This document shows positions 64,000 to 64,000 of a stretch of DNA of 64,000 nucleotides, piece by piece. The DNA lies in assembly GCA_964613385.1 (NCBI GenBank), contig CAZTGZ010000002.1:83419-147418 (forward strand), written 5' to 3'. Made by a program: the position numbers and the translations under genes. The notes below the pieces were generated by a model. The model did not search any database. It was not told where the DNA came from and worked only from the letters and a program-made list of their open reading frames with translations. The stretch's first letter is position 1, and each line of letters begins with the position of its first letter. The DNA is from an uncultured Chitinophagaceae bacterium (GTDB lineage: Bacteria > Bacteroidota > Bacteroidia > NS11-12g > UBA9320).

Positions 64000-64000
64000 G

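Overview
This window looks like a Bacteroidota chromosome segment: T9SS C-terminal sorting domains, a GldE-like CNNM protein, SurA paralogs next to a MoxR ATPase, and Bacteroidetes-type promoter motifs. Core genes (trmB, icd, sucA, aspS, tRNA-Arg-CCG, sulP) frame one accessory island at about 14.3-26.0 kb. That island is a complete type II-C CRISPR-Cas locus: cas9 (1138 aa), cas1 and cas2, followed by a 47-bp-repeat array of about 53 repeats and 52 spacers (19246-23290). A solo IS200-like Y1 (HUH) transposase gene (25405-26031) lies 2.1 kb beyond the array, past the T9SS cargo gene at 23457-24947. The most informative non-coding call is a tracrRNA on the minus strand in the icd-cas9 intergenic region (about 14346-14440). 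It has an anti-repeat that pairs with the minus-strand reading of the repeat, a Spy-like nexus (AAGGAUUAUUCCG) and an intrinsic terminator. This implies the array is transcribed antisense to the cas genes. Other points worth a second look: two near-identical spacers, which suggest repeated acquisition from variant protospacers; a two-copy structured repeat of about 360 bp flanking a 3.6-kb gene block (40714-41080 and 44671-45025); and a frameshifted relic of a T9SS C-terminal domain (about 52610-52915). All calls are from reading the sequence and ORF track by eye, with no database searches.
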